Assembly (NCBI GenBank): GCA_036785375.1
Contig: JAWMAR010000535.1
Coordinates: 186,001 to 250,000, forward strand
Length of the DNA stretch: 64,000 nt
Reading direction: 5' to 3'
From: Leucoraja ocellata
Lineage: Eukaryota
The position numbers and the translations under genes were made by a program. Positions 50,986 to 64,000 of this stretch are shown in pieces (position 1 is the stretch's first letter; each line of letters opens with the position of its first letter). The notes beneath the pieces were generated by a model. It was given only the letters and a program-made list of their open reading frames with translations, did not search any database and had not been told where the DNA came from.

Positions 50986-53399
50986 AATAATAGAGAGTTT
51001 AGACTACACTTGGAACATTGTGTGCCGTTCTGTCAATGGAGGAATATGTTTCTCCTGGAAAGGGTGTAGAAGACATTCACTGATGGGGGATATTGGCGGC
51101 ACAGTGGCTTAGCGGCAGAATTGCTGCCTTACAGCGCCAGACACCCCTGTTTGATCCTGACCACAAGTGCTTATCTGTAAGGCATTTGTACATTCCCCGT
51201 TATCTGCATGGAGATTTCCTCCCACATTGGGTAGCGATTGAGTGGGCTTGTTTTCCTTGGACCAAGGGAGGCTCAGCGATGACCTGATAAAATTCTAACA
51301 GGCAAAGGAGAAAGTATTTTTTTCCCATAGTAGGGGTATCAAAAGCAATAGAGTATAGGTTTGTGGAAAGGGGAGGGGAAGGAGCTTTAAAAGGTAAGAA
51401 CGTTATTTTAAACGGAAATGGTCGATAACTGTAACTCGTTGCCAGAGGTAATGGTGGAAGCAGATTCAGTCACGAGATGTAAGAGACATTTAGACAGGCA
51501 CTCAGATAAGCAAAGCATAGAAGAATATGGACCTAATACAAGCAAATGGGATTAAGAGTAAATGGCAAAAAAAATGTTGATGAGCCAAAGGGCCTGTTTA
51601 TGTATTGCACCACTCTGGAGTCATAAAGACATAGTGTGTGGAAACATGCCCAGAAACTGGATGTTACAATTTTCAGGCTCCTATACCTACTCCCCAATGG
51701 CAGGAGTGAATGGAGAGTGTGGCTAGGGTGGTGTGTGTATCAGACTGTTTAGCACGGCATGCATAAACAGTGCCAGCATTTCAGAACATTGATTACATTT
51801 TGCTGTGCTACAATTGGAACTTTTCTTTTTCTCCGTTACTTTTCCAATTAGTTTTATTTCAGATCTCTGGTCTTTGCAGTTTTTTTGATTTTCATTTATA
51901 TCAGGCCGTTGCTTAACTTAACTTAACTGTTGCTCCCAATTCAGGCAGAAGCCTTGGAGGTTTGAGATAAATTTGCCCCGTGTGATTTTGGTGCCCATGT
52001 CGATGGTCATCCTATATTATTTCAACGCTGTAGTTATGATATAACCAGGTCTTTACAATCAACCACATTATTGCAGGTCTGGAATCGCACACCATACCAG
52101 CTATGTATGTTAGTGATTCAATTATTTTTTATGATAACCTGAAGATAGATACAATTGCTGGATTAACTCAGCGGGTCAGGCAGCATCTCTGGAAAAAAAG
52201 AATGGGTGTTGTTTTGGATCAGGACCCTTCTTCAGACTGAAAGTAGAGGGGAGGGAACTGGAGGTAAGAAAAGGCCAGAACAAAGCAGGACTGGCAACAG
52301 ATGAACAAGGAGGGGTGGAGCCCACAATGCCCATTATTGGCTGGGGGTGATAAAGAAAGGACACGAGGATATGAACACTGGAATGAGGAGGAATAGGGTG
52401 GAACTGGTAGGTGGAACTAGTATTATGATCATCTATTAGTTCTCAAGTACTCAAGTAGTTGTATTGTATTATTTTAAATGTCAGATTATGTCGTACAACT
52501 GTCAAGGTGTGAATTTAAACCACATCTCAGAACTGTTAAGCCAGGCCTCTGGTTTGTGTTTTGTGCAAGATTCTAGCATCTCTGGAACTTTGGACAGTAT
52601 TTTCAGTTCCTAAGAATATGTATGTATGAACACATGAGGGAGGTGACAGTTGCAGGGAGCCTTTGTGGCTAGCTGCAGCTGGGACTGTGAAAAGGCACCT
52701 AAATGGCACTTCTTGCATTTAGACTCAGTGGGCTGCTTTATACATTCTGGTCGAACCGGGGATTACACCTCATGTATGGTGAATAGATCAAGAGGAGTAG
52801 ACCGAATAGATGCAAAGAGTCTCTTGCCCAGGGTAGGGGAATTGAGAACCAGAGGACATAGGTTTAACGTGAGGGGGGGAATGATTTGATAGGAATCTGA
52901 GGGGTAACTTTTTCACACAAAGGGTGGTTGACGTATGGAACAATCTGCTGGAGGAGGTAGTTGAGGCAGGTACTATTGCAACATTTAAGAAACATTTTGA
53001 AAGTTACATGGATAGGACAGATTTAGAGGGATATGAGGCAAATGCAAGCAGGTGGGATTAGTGTAGATGGGACGTTGGCCAGTGTGGGCATGTTGGGCTG
53101 AAGGGCCTGTTTCAAAACTGTATGACTCTATGACTCTATTGCTGAGTTGTATGCAAAAACATGTTTTTACTATACCTGGTACACACGATAATAAAGAAAC
53201 CATTGAACCATTAATCTGGCAAGCTCTGTTTGATGATCAAAAGCATTTGACAAATATAAAACTACAAACTTTTACCAGTACTCTACTGCATTTTAGTGTT
53301 TATGTCAGTGTTTAATCTGGTAGTCCAGTTGATCAGCATCCAAAGTTGCTAATGTATGTCATTTATAAACGAGTACTATAGGCCTACAGTGCATTAGAT

Positions 53400-54060
53400 G
53401 CATGGAAACAGACCCTTCAGCACAATTTGCCACACCAACCAAAATGCCCCATCTAAATTAGTCCCTCCTGCCTGCGTTTGGCCCATATCCTTCCATGTAC
53501 CTGTCTAAATGTTTCTTAAAAATTGTGAAAGTACCTGCCTCAACTACCTCATCCGACAGCTCGTTCCACACACCCACTATCCTTTGTGTAAAAAAAAGTT
53601 GCCCCTCAGGTTCCTCATAAATCTTTCCCCCTAACCTTAAATCCATGTCCTCTGGTTCTCGATGCCCCTGCTCTGGGTAAAAGACTATGCATTTACCCTA
53701 TCTATTCCTCTTGTGATGTTAAACACCTCTATAAGATCACCCCTCATCCTATAACCATATATAACCATATAACAATTACAGCACGGAAACAGGTCATCTC
53801 GGCCCTACAAGTCCGTGCCGAACACTTATTGCGCTCTTGCGCTCTTGCGCTCCAAGGAATAAAGTCCTAATCTGCTCAACCTCCCTCTATAGCTCAGACC
53901 CTTGAGTCCTGGCACATCCTCGTAAATCTGTTCTGCACCCTTTCCTGCTTGACAACATCTTTCCTATAACAGGGTGACAAAAACTGACCACCATACTCTA
54001 AATGTGGCCCCATCAATGTCTTGTACAACTGTATATGACCTCCCAACTTCTATACTCAAC
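53400..54060 (-). mobile_element. CR1 3' fragment with a nested young CR1-type tail (~53751-53825)
   Basis: CR1 ORF end and UTR on the minus strand. The inserted ataaccatat...gtgccgaaca is almost identical to 42829-42901. Confidence 0.8.
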
Positions 54061-55959
54061 AGCACTTTCAGGCTATTTCTAGTTTTCTAGTCTTCTAGTT
54101 TTTATACTTTTTAATAGATTTTGATGATAAAACTTTAAGATTAATTTTATATGTACTGTTACAGAAATTTAATCTCATTTTGATAGGGTGGCACAGAATG
54201 TGCTTATTATCACAGTTTAGTGCCCCATTAAAAACTTCATTTACAAAATATTGCATAAGTGGATGCTTAAATCATTGTTAAGATGCAATAAAACAGAAAA
54301 TGCTGGAAATATTCAGCGTATTGCTACATGCTTTCACTATCCAAGAGACTGGAGGATTATTGAGAATTTAAACTAACGTAAGTAACTGTGCAAATAAAGT
54401 GAGTAGGGAGGAGTTCAAATGCTGGTTTATCTGAAGACAGACACAAAATGCTGGAGTAAGCAGCATCTCTGGAACAAAAGATATCCTTCTTCAACCCAAA
54501 ACATCACCTATTCCTTTTTTCCAGAGATGCTGCCTGACCCTCTGAATTACTCCAGCTTCTCGAGTCTATCTTCATTGTAAACCAGCATCTGCAGTTTCTT
54601 CCTACGCAGTAAAAAGGTGACAATGAGTTTGATGAAATGAATGTTCTTAACTTGATAAGAACATTTCACCTTGTCTGTATTGAATGGACCTTCTAGTTAA
54701 TACAAACTAGATCGAAAAATCATTGGAGCGTATTCAGCATTGCAAAGTAAATTCTGGGAAAGTACTGAGTGTGACACTAATGTCAGACAACCTCTTGGAA
54801 GTTGCAATACCAAAACATTGTAGCAATAGAGGAGTGGGTCAGATGCAGCAATTCTGAAATTGGTATCAACCAACATACACATTTGATAGTCTTCCATTGA
54901 ACCACAAGGTCTTCCAGATGCCAGAGTCAAATTCTCAACCCATTTCTCAACTCCTCCCTGTGCACACATCTGTCTCCCACCACCATCACCATGTTTCTTT
55001 CCCCTTCTCCTTCCACTCATCTCCCACCCCTTTCCCTTTTAAATGTTCAGGGCAAGTTTTTTTATATAGAGGGTGATGTGTGCTCGTATCGCACTGCCAA
55101 GGATGGTGGCGGAGAAAGATATGAAACTGGCATTGAAGCGGCTTTTAGACAGGCACATGGTGCTGGGGGGATTGGAGGGATTGGAGGGATATGGATCATG
55201 CACAGGCAGGTGAGATTAGTTGAGCTTTGCACTATTCATGTTCATTAGAACTAGTAGGCAGAATCAGGCCATTCGGTACTCTGCCATTCAATCATGTTTG
55301 ATCTATCTTTCCCTCTCAACCCCATTCTCCTGTCATTGGCAGAGAATTGACATTCCAATTTGTCCAAATTGGCATAATGTAATACCAGATGCATACATAG
55401 TGTTCAGCTGGCATTTTGAGTCTGACCCTGTCCATAGCTCTGCTTAACTCATCTGATCCATTCCATATGATTTTCACTGTGTACTGTATGTAAATTAAAA
55501 AATCAGTCAAGATGACATGCACATTTTTTCAAATTCAAGTCATTTCTTTTTCAGATACTTATAATGCCATCCACAATATTTGCAGTTAAGCAACTTTGCC
55601 TGTGATTTCCCTTTTTGCTTTTTGTCCTAAGCTTCACTGCATGGATTCCTTACTTTTTGCCATCTGATATTTCCAGCCTGGCTTGAACACATCCATGGCT
55701 TTGTACGTTTTCACGCAATTTTTCCAGCGTTAATTATGGTTCATATGGTACCTCAGCCTGACATCCAAGACTCCACAAAATAGCCAAACTCTGATGAGAG
55801 TTTGATCCAGGAAATTGTATAATCTATGAACGATCTTAATGATATTAAAGAAATGTTAGAGGATTCTCTCCAATCCTGGTTGAGTGTAAGGAACCACTGA
55901 TGTGAACTGTTTTGCATCTTAGTTACTTGCAATGTGATAGCGATGCATCTAACGCATTC

Positions 55960-56236
55960 TTTAGACTTTAGACTTTATAGATACTGCATGGAAACAGGCC
56001 CTTCCGCCCACCAAGTCCACGCCGACCAGCGATCGCCCAGTACACTAGCACTACCCTACACACCGGGGACAATGTAAAATTTGCATAAGCCAATCAACTT
56101 CCAAACCTGCATGTCTATGGCGTGTGGGAGGAAACCGGAGCACCTGGAGAAAACCCACGCGATTACAGGATTACGCGAACTCTGTACAGACACCTCCCAT
56201 AGTCAAGATTGAGCCCTGGTCTCTGGCGCTGTAAGA
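55960..56236 (-). mobile_element. V-SINE (HE1-like), head truncated
   Basis: Core, B box and tail on the minus strand. Confidence 0.8.
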
Positions 56237-56384
56237 CATCATGATTTGTCCATTGGAGCCACAAGAAACAGCAGATGCTGGAATCTTGTGTAAAACACAT
56301 TGTGCTGGAGTAAATCAGCAGATCGCTCAGCTGCCTGACCTGGTGAGTTACTCCAGCATTTACGATTTGTCTTGTCATATGCAC

Positions 56385-56561
56385 AGAAGCATCTTGGACA
56401 ATACAGCTCACCCCCTCCATGACACACTGGTCAACCTGAGGAGCACTTTTGGCAACAGACTGGCTCCACCAAGATGCAGGACGGAATGCCACAGGAGATC
56501 CTTTTTCCCTGTGGCTATCAAACTGTACAACTCCTCCCCCTTCTGTCATTGTGTAGACTGA

Positions 56562-56611
<50 letters not shown>

Positions 56612-56750
56612 ACACACAATCTTTGAACATCCCCAATCCTGGTCTTTCCACTCGTCACTTTAATTTCATTTCATGCATCTTATCGTGTTTTATGACTGTT
56701 GGCAGACCAATTTCCCTCCTGGGATAAATGATATCGCTTTATATCGTACT
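56385..56750 (+). mobile_element. Rex1-clade LINE 3' end (second family)
   Basis: SILDNTAHPLH...RCRTECHRRSFFPVAIKLYN, then a UTR ending aatttccctcctgggataaa. Confidence 0.75.
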
Positions 56751-57567
56751 GTAACCACAACAACCATTGTGGAGTTGTGAAGCCACTTTTAGGTGCCCTG
56801 AAAATGGGTTGTATCAAACCTACTCAAACAATGTGGAAAATATTCCATATTTGTAAGTTACTTAATTTAAAACACACAGTTGCGTATCATTGAATCAGGA
56901 AGCTGGCTTGGTTTTAGAGTAACTGTGTATAATCTTGACATTTAATGATCTTGGGGATGCATTGAGACTATAGATACATAACTGCTGCCACACTGATCAA
57001 CAGCATGCTTCCTCTTTAGAAAGGAGTTTAAGTGCAATCTTGGCAAAATAACGCAATTTACAGATGGTTTGGTTTAGCTTCTTTTAATTGACGCAGAAAT
57101 TGTGAGATAAAAGATGCAATCACGCTCCAGTGTGGTGTAACATTTCATGCCTCATGCTATCAGTGCACCTGGAACTATTTTGCTGGTTCCAAAAACAAAA
57201 ACAAAGTTAGGAACAGAACTTCAGCAGATTGCACTATCCACAGTCACGCCTCACACAAGCTATCCACATGATCATTTTGCCTGTATTTTGAAGGACATTT
57301 TGGGAGCTGCTCGTGCTATTTCCAATGGTACATCATTAATAAAATAGAAATGCTCCGAACAACATAAACAACACAGCAGCAAAAAACAAACTGCTAGAGC
57401 ATCTCAGACCAGGTGTCTGTGGAGATTCATGGATTGTGGAGGCTGTGGGTCAAGATCTTGTGCAAGAGAATGTTCTTTGCTCCCGGTTTCAGCAGCTACA
57501 GTCTCTTGTGCCTTTACCAGAACGCAGCAAGATTTATTGGACATGCTGCATTGATAAGTGGCAAGGA

Positions 57568-57866
57568 GGCAACACAGTGGCGCAGTGATAGAGCGGCTGC
57601 CTCACAGCCAGAGACCCGGGTTCAATCCTGACCTCAGGTGCTGTCTGGGCGGAGTTTGCACGTTCTCCCTGTGACCGTTTGCGTTTCCTCCAGGCGCTCC
57701 AATTTCCTCCCACATCCCCAATGCTTACGTGTTTGTAGGTTAATTGGTCTCTGTAACTTGCCCCTGGTTTGTGTGGAGTGGTTGAGAAAGCGGGATGACA
57801 TAGAACTAGTGTGAGCAGGGGATCAATGGTCAGAGTGGACTCGATGGGCCGAAGGGCCTGTTTCCA
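57568..57866 (+). mobile_element. V-SINE (HE1-like)
   Basis: tggcgcagtga A box, ggttcaatcc B box, core and tail. Confidence 0.85.
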
Positions 57867-58698
57867 AAGAACAGTTGGAAGAATTCAATGTCAGTCAGCT
57901 TCTGTGGAGGGAAATGAACAGTAGACTTTTCAGGTTAAGACTCATCAATTAGACTGAAAGAGAAGAGGGGAAGTAGCTAGTGTAAAGAGGTGGGGGTGAG
58001 CTGGGCCAAGACCTAGCAAATGAGAAGTGGATATAATTGAGGAGGGATGATAGACACAAAGAGTTGGAGCAACTCAACAGGTCAGGCAACAACCCGGAGA
58101 AATGGAATAGGCGATGTTTCATGTTGAGACCCTTCTTCAGACTGTTGACTATCAGATAAGAATCAAGTGGGAGAGGGATAGGTAGAGATAATGACAGTAA
58201 CTAGGGCGCAGAAGACTGTAGATTCTGGAATCTGATACAATAGGACCATGAAGAATGGAACAGAATGGGAGGTGGTGGCAGATGGGAATTGCAGAAGCAG
58301 TGGTGGGCAGGAGCATGAGGTGGGGAAGTGGACCCAGCGGGAAAGTGTGGGGGAATGAGAGGAAATGCAACAGGGTGATAGGATGCAGGGGATGGGGGAA
58401 GAGGAGTATGCAAGAAAGGAGCAGGATCGATTGGAGAAGTTTGCACTTTGGACTTTGTGTTTTCTGTGTTTTACTTTTATTATAGACTGTATTATAGGTA
58501 TGATATTATATTATATTTAATGCCAAACTAGTCCCATTGCCCGCATTTATAGTAAATAGAAAATTATTGGTATTATAAACACAAAAATTAATTGTGCTGT
58601 CGTCAAAAATCCTAAGCTCACCTATCACTGTTGCCACTTATTTTATTATTTGCAAATATTACACACTTTGCATTCAAAACCTTTGCATTGTTTTGCAG

Positions 58699-59010
58699 AA
58701 AATGGAGTTGATGTGACCACACTATTGGGAGGCAAGATCAATTTAAACTGCTCCACTAATCAGCCGTCTGAAGAAATTACAATGGTCAAATGGAGTCGAT
58801 CGAACAGGACAATGATGACAGACATCGTAGCCTACAGTGCTAACCATAGATTGTTTAAGTTCCTCAATGATGACAGAATAACAAATTCATCCTCTGACGG
58901 AACCTGTCTCCAGATACAGCCGGCAAAGTTTGCCGATGATGGAAATTACACCTGTGAAATTTCTGCTCATCAGGGAGTTTTTCGAAAACATTTTTTCCTG
59001 ACCATAATAG
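58699..59010 (+). CDS. Gene B exon: canonical IgV domain, CD200 receptor-like
   Basis: Acceptor cattgttttgcag|, donor ATAG|gtaaga; 312 nt, phase 1-1. GGKINLNC...MVKW...DDRIT...LQIQP...DDGNYTCEI...GVFRKHFFLTII has the C23, W41 and DxGxYxC hallmarks. The C-terminal half resembles my recollection of CD200R (DERIT..LQIRP..DGYYRC..GNFHRGYHLQV). Confidence 0.9.
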
Positions 59011-60384
59011 GTAAGAATACCAATACAAACTCCCCATATAACTCTTACCAGACTGCTTTGCATCAAGTTCATAAAAAAATAGGTACTTTCGCACATCAGA
59101 TATATTATTTCCATTTTGACGGTTTATCATTGAGGTTGTTTAACACAAAAAATGGTAAAACCAATGTTTTCTTCACACTGAGTGTCTGATGTATATTCCA
59201 AACCACAACTTTTAATCTGCTAACGTTAAATATTATAATACTTAACAGTTCTATTAATGGAAAGGCTAGTGCCTGAAGTAATGATCTTAGGATCATAAGA
59301 CATGGGAGCAGAATTAGGCCCATTGAGTCTACTCCACCATTCGATCATGGCTGATCTATCTTTCCCTCTCAACCACATTCTCCTGCCAATTTTTGGTTTA
59401 AAATACTCAATGACTTGGCCTTCACAGCCGTCTGTGGCAATTAATTTCACAGATTCACTAAACCTTGCCTAGTTGCTAAAACAAATTCCTCCTCAATCCA
59501 AAATTCTAACCCATTGTGGGTTGCATATCTTCACTCCCTTTCATAATATTATGAAAGATACAAACATGTGTAATATTGAACTATTGCTGTTATTTCCCTT
59601 TTCATTGGCAACAATCATTTCACATGGATGTGCAAGGAATGGAGGGGTATGGATGGCATGCAGGCAGAGGAGATTGGTTTAACCATGTTCGGCACGGACA
59701 TTGTGGGATGAAGGGCCTGTTCCTGTGCTGTGTTGTCCTATGTTCTAACAATTCCCCACCTGGAATTAGTTTGATAAACCATTGTTGCAAGCACTCCAAT
59801 GACAACTATGACCTCCCTTAGCCATGGAGAACAATATACCTGGCTCACCAAGCCCAACTATAACTATAGGATGCCATTATTGAGTCAAACAGAATGGAAA
59901 TTAGGCTCCTCTGCCCAACTTGCCCACAACAACCAACATGCCCCATTTACATTAGTCCCACCTACCTGCGTTTGGCCTATATTTACCCCTCTAAACCTGG
60001 CCGAGCCATGTACCTGTCTAAATGTTCCTTAAAGGTTGCAATAGAACCTGCCTGAACTATATCCTCTGGCAGCTAGTTCCATACACCTACCACCCTTTGT
60101 GTGAACAAGTTATCCCTCAGATTCTTATTAAATCTTTACCCCTCATCTTAAGCCTTGCTCATATTCCAAGATCGGATTCCACCTTTGTATCAAACAGGTA
60201 AATGATGCATTGGATGACAAATGTTTTCTTATCCACTTTTCCTATGAAAACATCAGTGGTAAGAGATACCTGGGAATTAAACATTAAGGTTTGAGGCCAG
60301 TATAATAGCTGGCTTCCCTTACTGTAGGCAAAGGTAGAGTTCCCCCATTCTCCACAATGCCATGCAACATGTTGAAGTAATCGG

Positions 60385-62365
60385 AATACTGTGGGAGGTC
60401 TTGGAAGAAGTAAAGGTGGATAAATCCTCAAGGCCTAACCTGGGATATTATTGGCAGCAAGGGAGGAGAAGTCTGGGGCTTCGACAGATGTTCATTAGCC
60501 ACAAATGTGATACTGGAAGTCTGGCAGATAGCTAATGTTGTGTCTCTATTTAAGAAGAGCAGCAGGAAAAAGCCAGGGATCTACAGATCAACGAGCCTTA
60601 CATCAGTGGGGGAAAGGTTCAGTTTAGTTTAATGATACAGCATGGATACAGGCCCTTCGGCCCACCGAGTCCATGCTGACCATTGATCACCCGTTCACTT
60701 GAGTTCAATGTCATCCCACTTTCTTATGCACACCCTACATACCATGTTATCTCACTTTCTCATCCATTCCCTAGTGTCTTGGGGCAATTTACAGCGACCA
60801 TTTAACCTACAAATCTGCACGTCTTTGGGATTTGTAGGGAACTGGAGCACCCAGAAGATGCCAGTGCAGTTACAAGTTATTGGAAGGATTTTGAGGGACA
60901 GGATTTACTTGCATTGATTAAGGATCACAAGCATGGCTTTGTGCATGGGTGGTCATGTCTCATAATCTGATTGAGTTTTTGGAAGAGGACTGAGATAAGA
61001 CAAGAGCAGGGAGGTGGACATTCTCTACATGATCTTTATCAATGCCTTCAACAAGCTCCTACATGATAGTCAATTCCAAAGGTTAGAACAGATGGGCTAA
61101 AATGTGCTAGCAAATTGGATGCACAAGTCGTGTAGTGGTGAGAAGCAGAGCTTGGTAGTGAAAGTCGACACAAAATGCTGGAGTAACTCAGCAAGTCAGG
61201 CAGCATCTCTGGAGAAAGGGAATAGGTGACACTTTGGGTCAGAACTCTTCTTCGGACACTTCTTCTTGGTAATGAAAAGTTGTTTTTCAGATTGGAAACC
61301 TGGAATCAGATGTGTGCCATAAGAATCAGTTTTAGGTATTTTGTTATCTGTCACCTATATTCATGATTTCGATGAGCAAGTAAATGGCATGATTAGTAAC
61401 TTTACAGATGACGGTGTATGGAACAAGCTGCCAGAGGAGGTAGTTGAGGCTGGGACTATCCCAACATTTAAGAAGCAGTTAGACAGGTGCATGGATAGGA
61501 CAGGTTTAGAGTGATATGGACCAAGCGCAGGCAGGCGGGACTAGTGTAGCTGGGACATATTAGCCGGTGTGGGTAAGTTGGGCTGAAGGGCCTGTTTCCA
61601 CACTGCATCATTCTATGACTCTATGACATAGTGGACACTGATGCAGGTTGTCTAAGGTTACAACAGGATGTAGATCAACTGGGAAAGTGGACAAGGTAAT
61701 GGCAACTTGGACACGTGCAAAGTGATTTATTTTGTGAAGTTAAACCATGGCAGCACAAACACAATGCAGGGTTCAGGGAATGTCACTGAATGGAAGGACT
61801 ATAGGGTACAAAGTTGTTTGAGTTTGAGTTTAGTTTATTGCCACGTGTACCGATGTGCAGTGAAAAGCTTTAGTTGCTTGCTAACCAGTTAGCAGAAAGA
61901 CTATTCATGATTACAATCGACAGTTCACAGATACATGATAAAGGGTATAACTTGAACAATGTTTAGTGCAAAATAAAGCTGGTAAAGTTCAACCAAAGAT
62001 AGTCTGAAAGTCATCAATGAGGTAGCTAGTAGTTCAGGACTGCTCTCTAGTTGGTAGGATAGTTACCTGAAAGTGGCAATAAAGATGGAAGTATTGTGTG
62101 ATGAAGGTGTGTGGTGCTTGTCTTCATCGGGTCAGGCTTTAAGAATTTGATTATCTTGTTACAGTTCTACAAAATTTTAGGTAGGCATTGGGAATATAGT
62201 CATGGAGTCGTACAGTGTGTAAACAGGCCCCTCCGCCCTACTTGCCCTTGCCGACCAAGATGCCCCATCTACAATAGTCCCGCCTGCGTTTGGCCCATAT
62301 CTCTCTAAACAATTTTTATCCATGTACCTGTCCAAATGTTTTTAAATGTTGTGATAGTACCTGCA
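60385..62365 (+). mobile_element. Old degraded CR1 RT region with several nested insertions
   Basis: CR1-like segments collinear with 30520-31550. They are interrupted by a V-SINE (~60620-60872), a Penelope pLTR (~61163-61260), a CR1 tail (~61413-61627) and a Rex1-type tail (~61815-62065), and followed by another CR1 tail (~62198-62365). Confidence 0.7.
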
Positions 62366-62601
62366 AAGCAATACAAAGTCACAGTCTTCATAAACATGAC
62401 TGAATGGGCAAGAAAATGTAAAACAATACACATTATAAAAGAAATAGCATTAACCATGAGCAGTCATATATGCCACACCTATCATGTCGCACACTGATAC
62501 TTTTATTTTCCATTTTATTGGCATCTTCTATGGATGGGCATATTTACAAACAATGGTATGAGAAGAATAGATTTACAAAAGGGAACAAAGTGCTGGAGTA
62601 A

Positions 62602-63382
62602 TGGGCCTGTCCCACTTAGGTGATTTTTCAGGCTACTGCCAGTGACTGTTGCCTGAAAAACCGGCAACTGGAACGGCGATTGTCTGAGTGGAACACACAC
62701 ACACACATCGCCTCCTTCACCAGCCCGTTATACAGGCGGGGGACAGGGAAAGCGGGGTGTCTGAGTGAAAGCCAAAGTGATGTAGACACACACTGCGATG
62801 AACAGGAAGGTTGGCGCTGTAATTAAGACGGCTAAAAAGCACAGGGTACGGTAAGTCCTTTAAAAGAGGAGGGGAGAGAGGGGAGAAGGAGGGAGAGGGG
62901 GGGAGAAGGGGGGAGAAGGAGTGGAGACAACTTTTAAGAAGCCAGAGATGCACGGCTGTGAAGCTCGGCGGACATTTAACATTACCGGTCGGTTATCCTT
63001 GGTTCTGAAAATTGCTGCTTACGTTTTTTTTTCTCCCAATGAGCCAATGAAATTCACCGGTCAGCACCGGCTACAACCTACGAGAACCTAAGAGAACCTT
63101 TGACCTCCTGGCAACCCACTAGGACCTCCTGGCGACCCACCTACGGCACGGGAATTCTCGCTACTCTCCATGGCGGCTTCATTCTAGACGCCGCTACTTT
63201 TTCAACATGTTGAAAAATTCCTGGCAACCATAATGAGGCTGCGACTAGTTTCCAGAATGCGGAAACTGCTCACGACCATGAAGGCGACCTCCCGGCAACC
63301 ACCCGCGAACATGTGGCGACCATGTGGCGACTGCATAGTCTCCTGCAGTCACCTAAAAAGTCGCCTAAGTGGGACAGGCCCA
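62602..63382. mobile_element. PIF/Harbinger-type MITE (781 bp)
   Basis: TIR TGGGCCTGTCCCACTTAGG / CCTAAGTGGGACAGGCCCA. It is inserted at the TAA of a pLTR (tgctggagTAA|ctcagc); flanks read TAA and TCA. Confidence 0.85.
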
Positions 63383-64000
63383 TCACTCAGCAGGTCAGGC
63401 AGCATGTCTGGAGGACTTGGACAGGTGACATTTTGTGTTGAGAGCCTTCTACACACTGACTTTGAAGAAGTTCTTTTAACCAGCATCTGCAGTTCCTTGT
63501 TTTTCCAAGAATAGATTTACTTTGGATCCAGTGTTGCAATAAGTCACACTTACGTAAAACCTATTACTTTACTAATTCGTTTTTTATTGGAGACACAAGA
63601 GACAGTAGATACTGGAGTCTTGAACAAAACAGAGTTATTAGAGAGTTACTGTATCAAAGTTTATTTATTTCACCCCCCTTCATTACCATTCCTACATTCT
63701 GCATTTACACAATTACATCTTTCTTCAAGAGAGCATCACTTTGTCTGTTTTTTCTTTGTTTATTCTTTATTTTCAGGTATTCTTTATTTTTGTGTTTCGA
63801 AAGGTCTCAGCCCATCTAAGCTATTATGCTTCCCCTCCATCCGATCTAATTTAAATCTATAATATTAATGTTCTTGGGGTGTTTTGTCTCTTTTTAACCT
63901 TTGTTTTAATTTAAACATTTCTTAAAAGAAACTGTAGTTATGTAACCATGTCGAGTGTCGAACAGGGAACAGTACAGCACAAGAACAGGTCCTTTGGCCC

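Noticed and set aside
56793-56852. 60-nt phase 1-1 exon candidate with a gtaagt donor upstream of the gene B V exon
   Set aside because: Splicing to 58699 would create T+AA, a stop codon; the acceptor is modest.
63730-63853. Hydrophobic frame ITLSVFSLFILYFQVFFIFVFRK as a TM exon for gene B
   Set aside because: T-rich DNA gives such peptides by chance, and the tract may simply be a polypyrimidine tract for the AG at ~63776. It cannot be resolved without transcripts.

Overview
This is eukaryotic, repeat-dense vertebrate genomic DNA with three N-gaps. The repeat set (HE1/V-SINE-type tRNA SINEs, CR1, Rex1, L1, L2 and Penelope-like elements) points to a cartilaginous fish, most likely a skate or ray (inference). 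Most short ORFs in the supplied track are repeat-derived or spurious. Reading splice signals by hand recovers two immunoglobulin-superfamily receptor loci on the + strand. Gene A has an atypical IgV exon lacking both canonical cysteines (2594-2926), two short stalk exons (11030-11107, 20325-20399), a transmembrane exon (21471-21554) and a cytoplasmic exon with a possible Tyr motif (~23559-23634). Gene B has a canonical CD200R-like IgV exon (58699-59010) and a possible leader exon (48109-48214). Introns and intergenic DNA hold many Penelope pseudo-LTR copies carrying minimal hammerhead-ribozyme motifs. Two of these have an intact core and flank a GIY-YIG fragment (32.3 and 33.2 kb). Also present are a non-autonomous Helitron, hAT and PIF/Harbinger-type MITEs with target-site duplications, and a 2.5-kb composite TIR element containing a ~710-bp fold-back palindrome. 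Repeat boundaries are approximate. Family names come from recalled motifs, not database searches.
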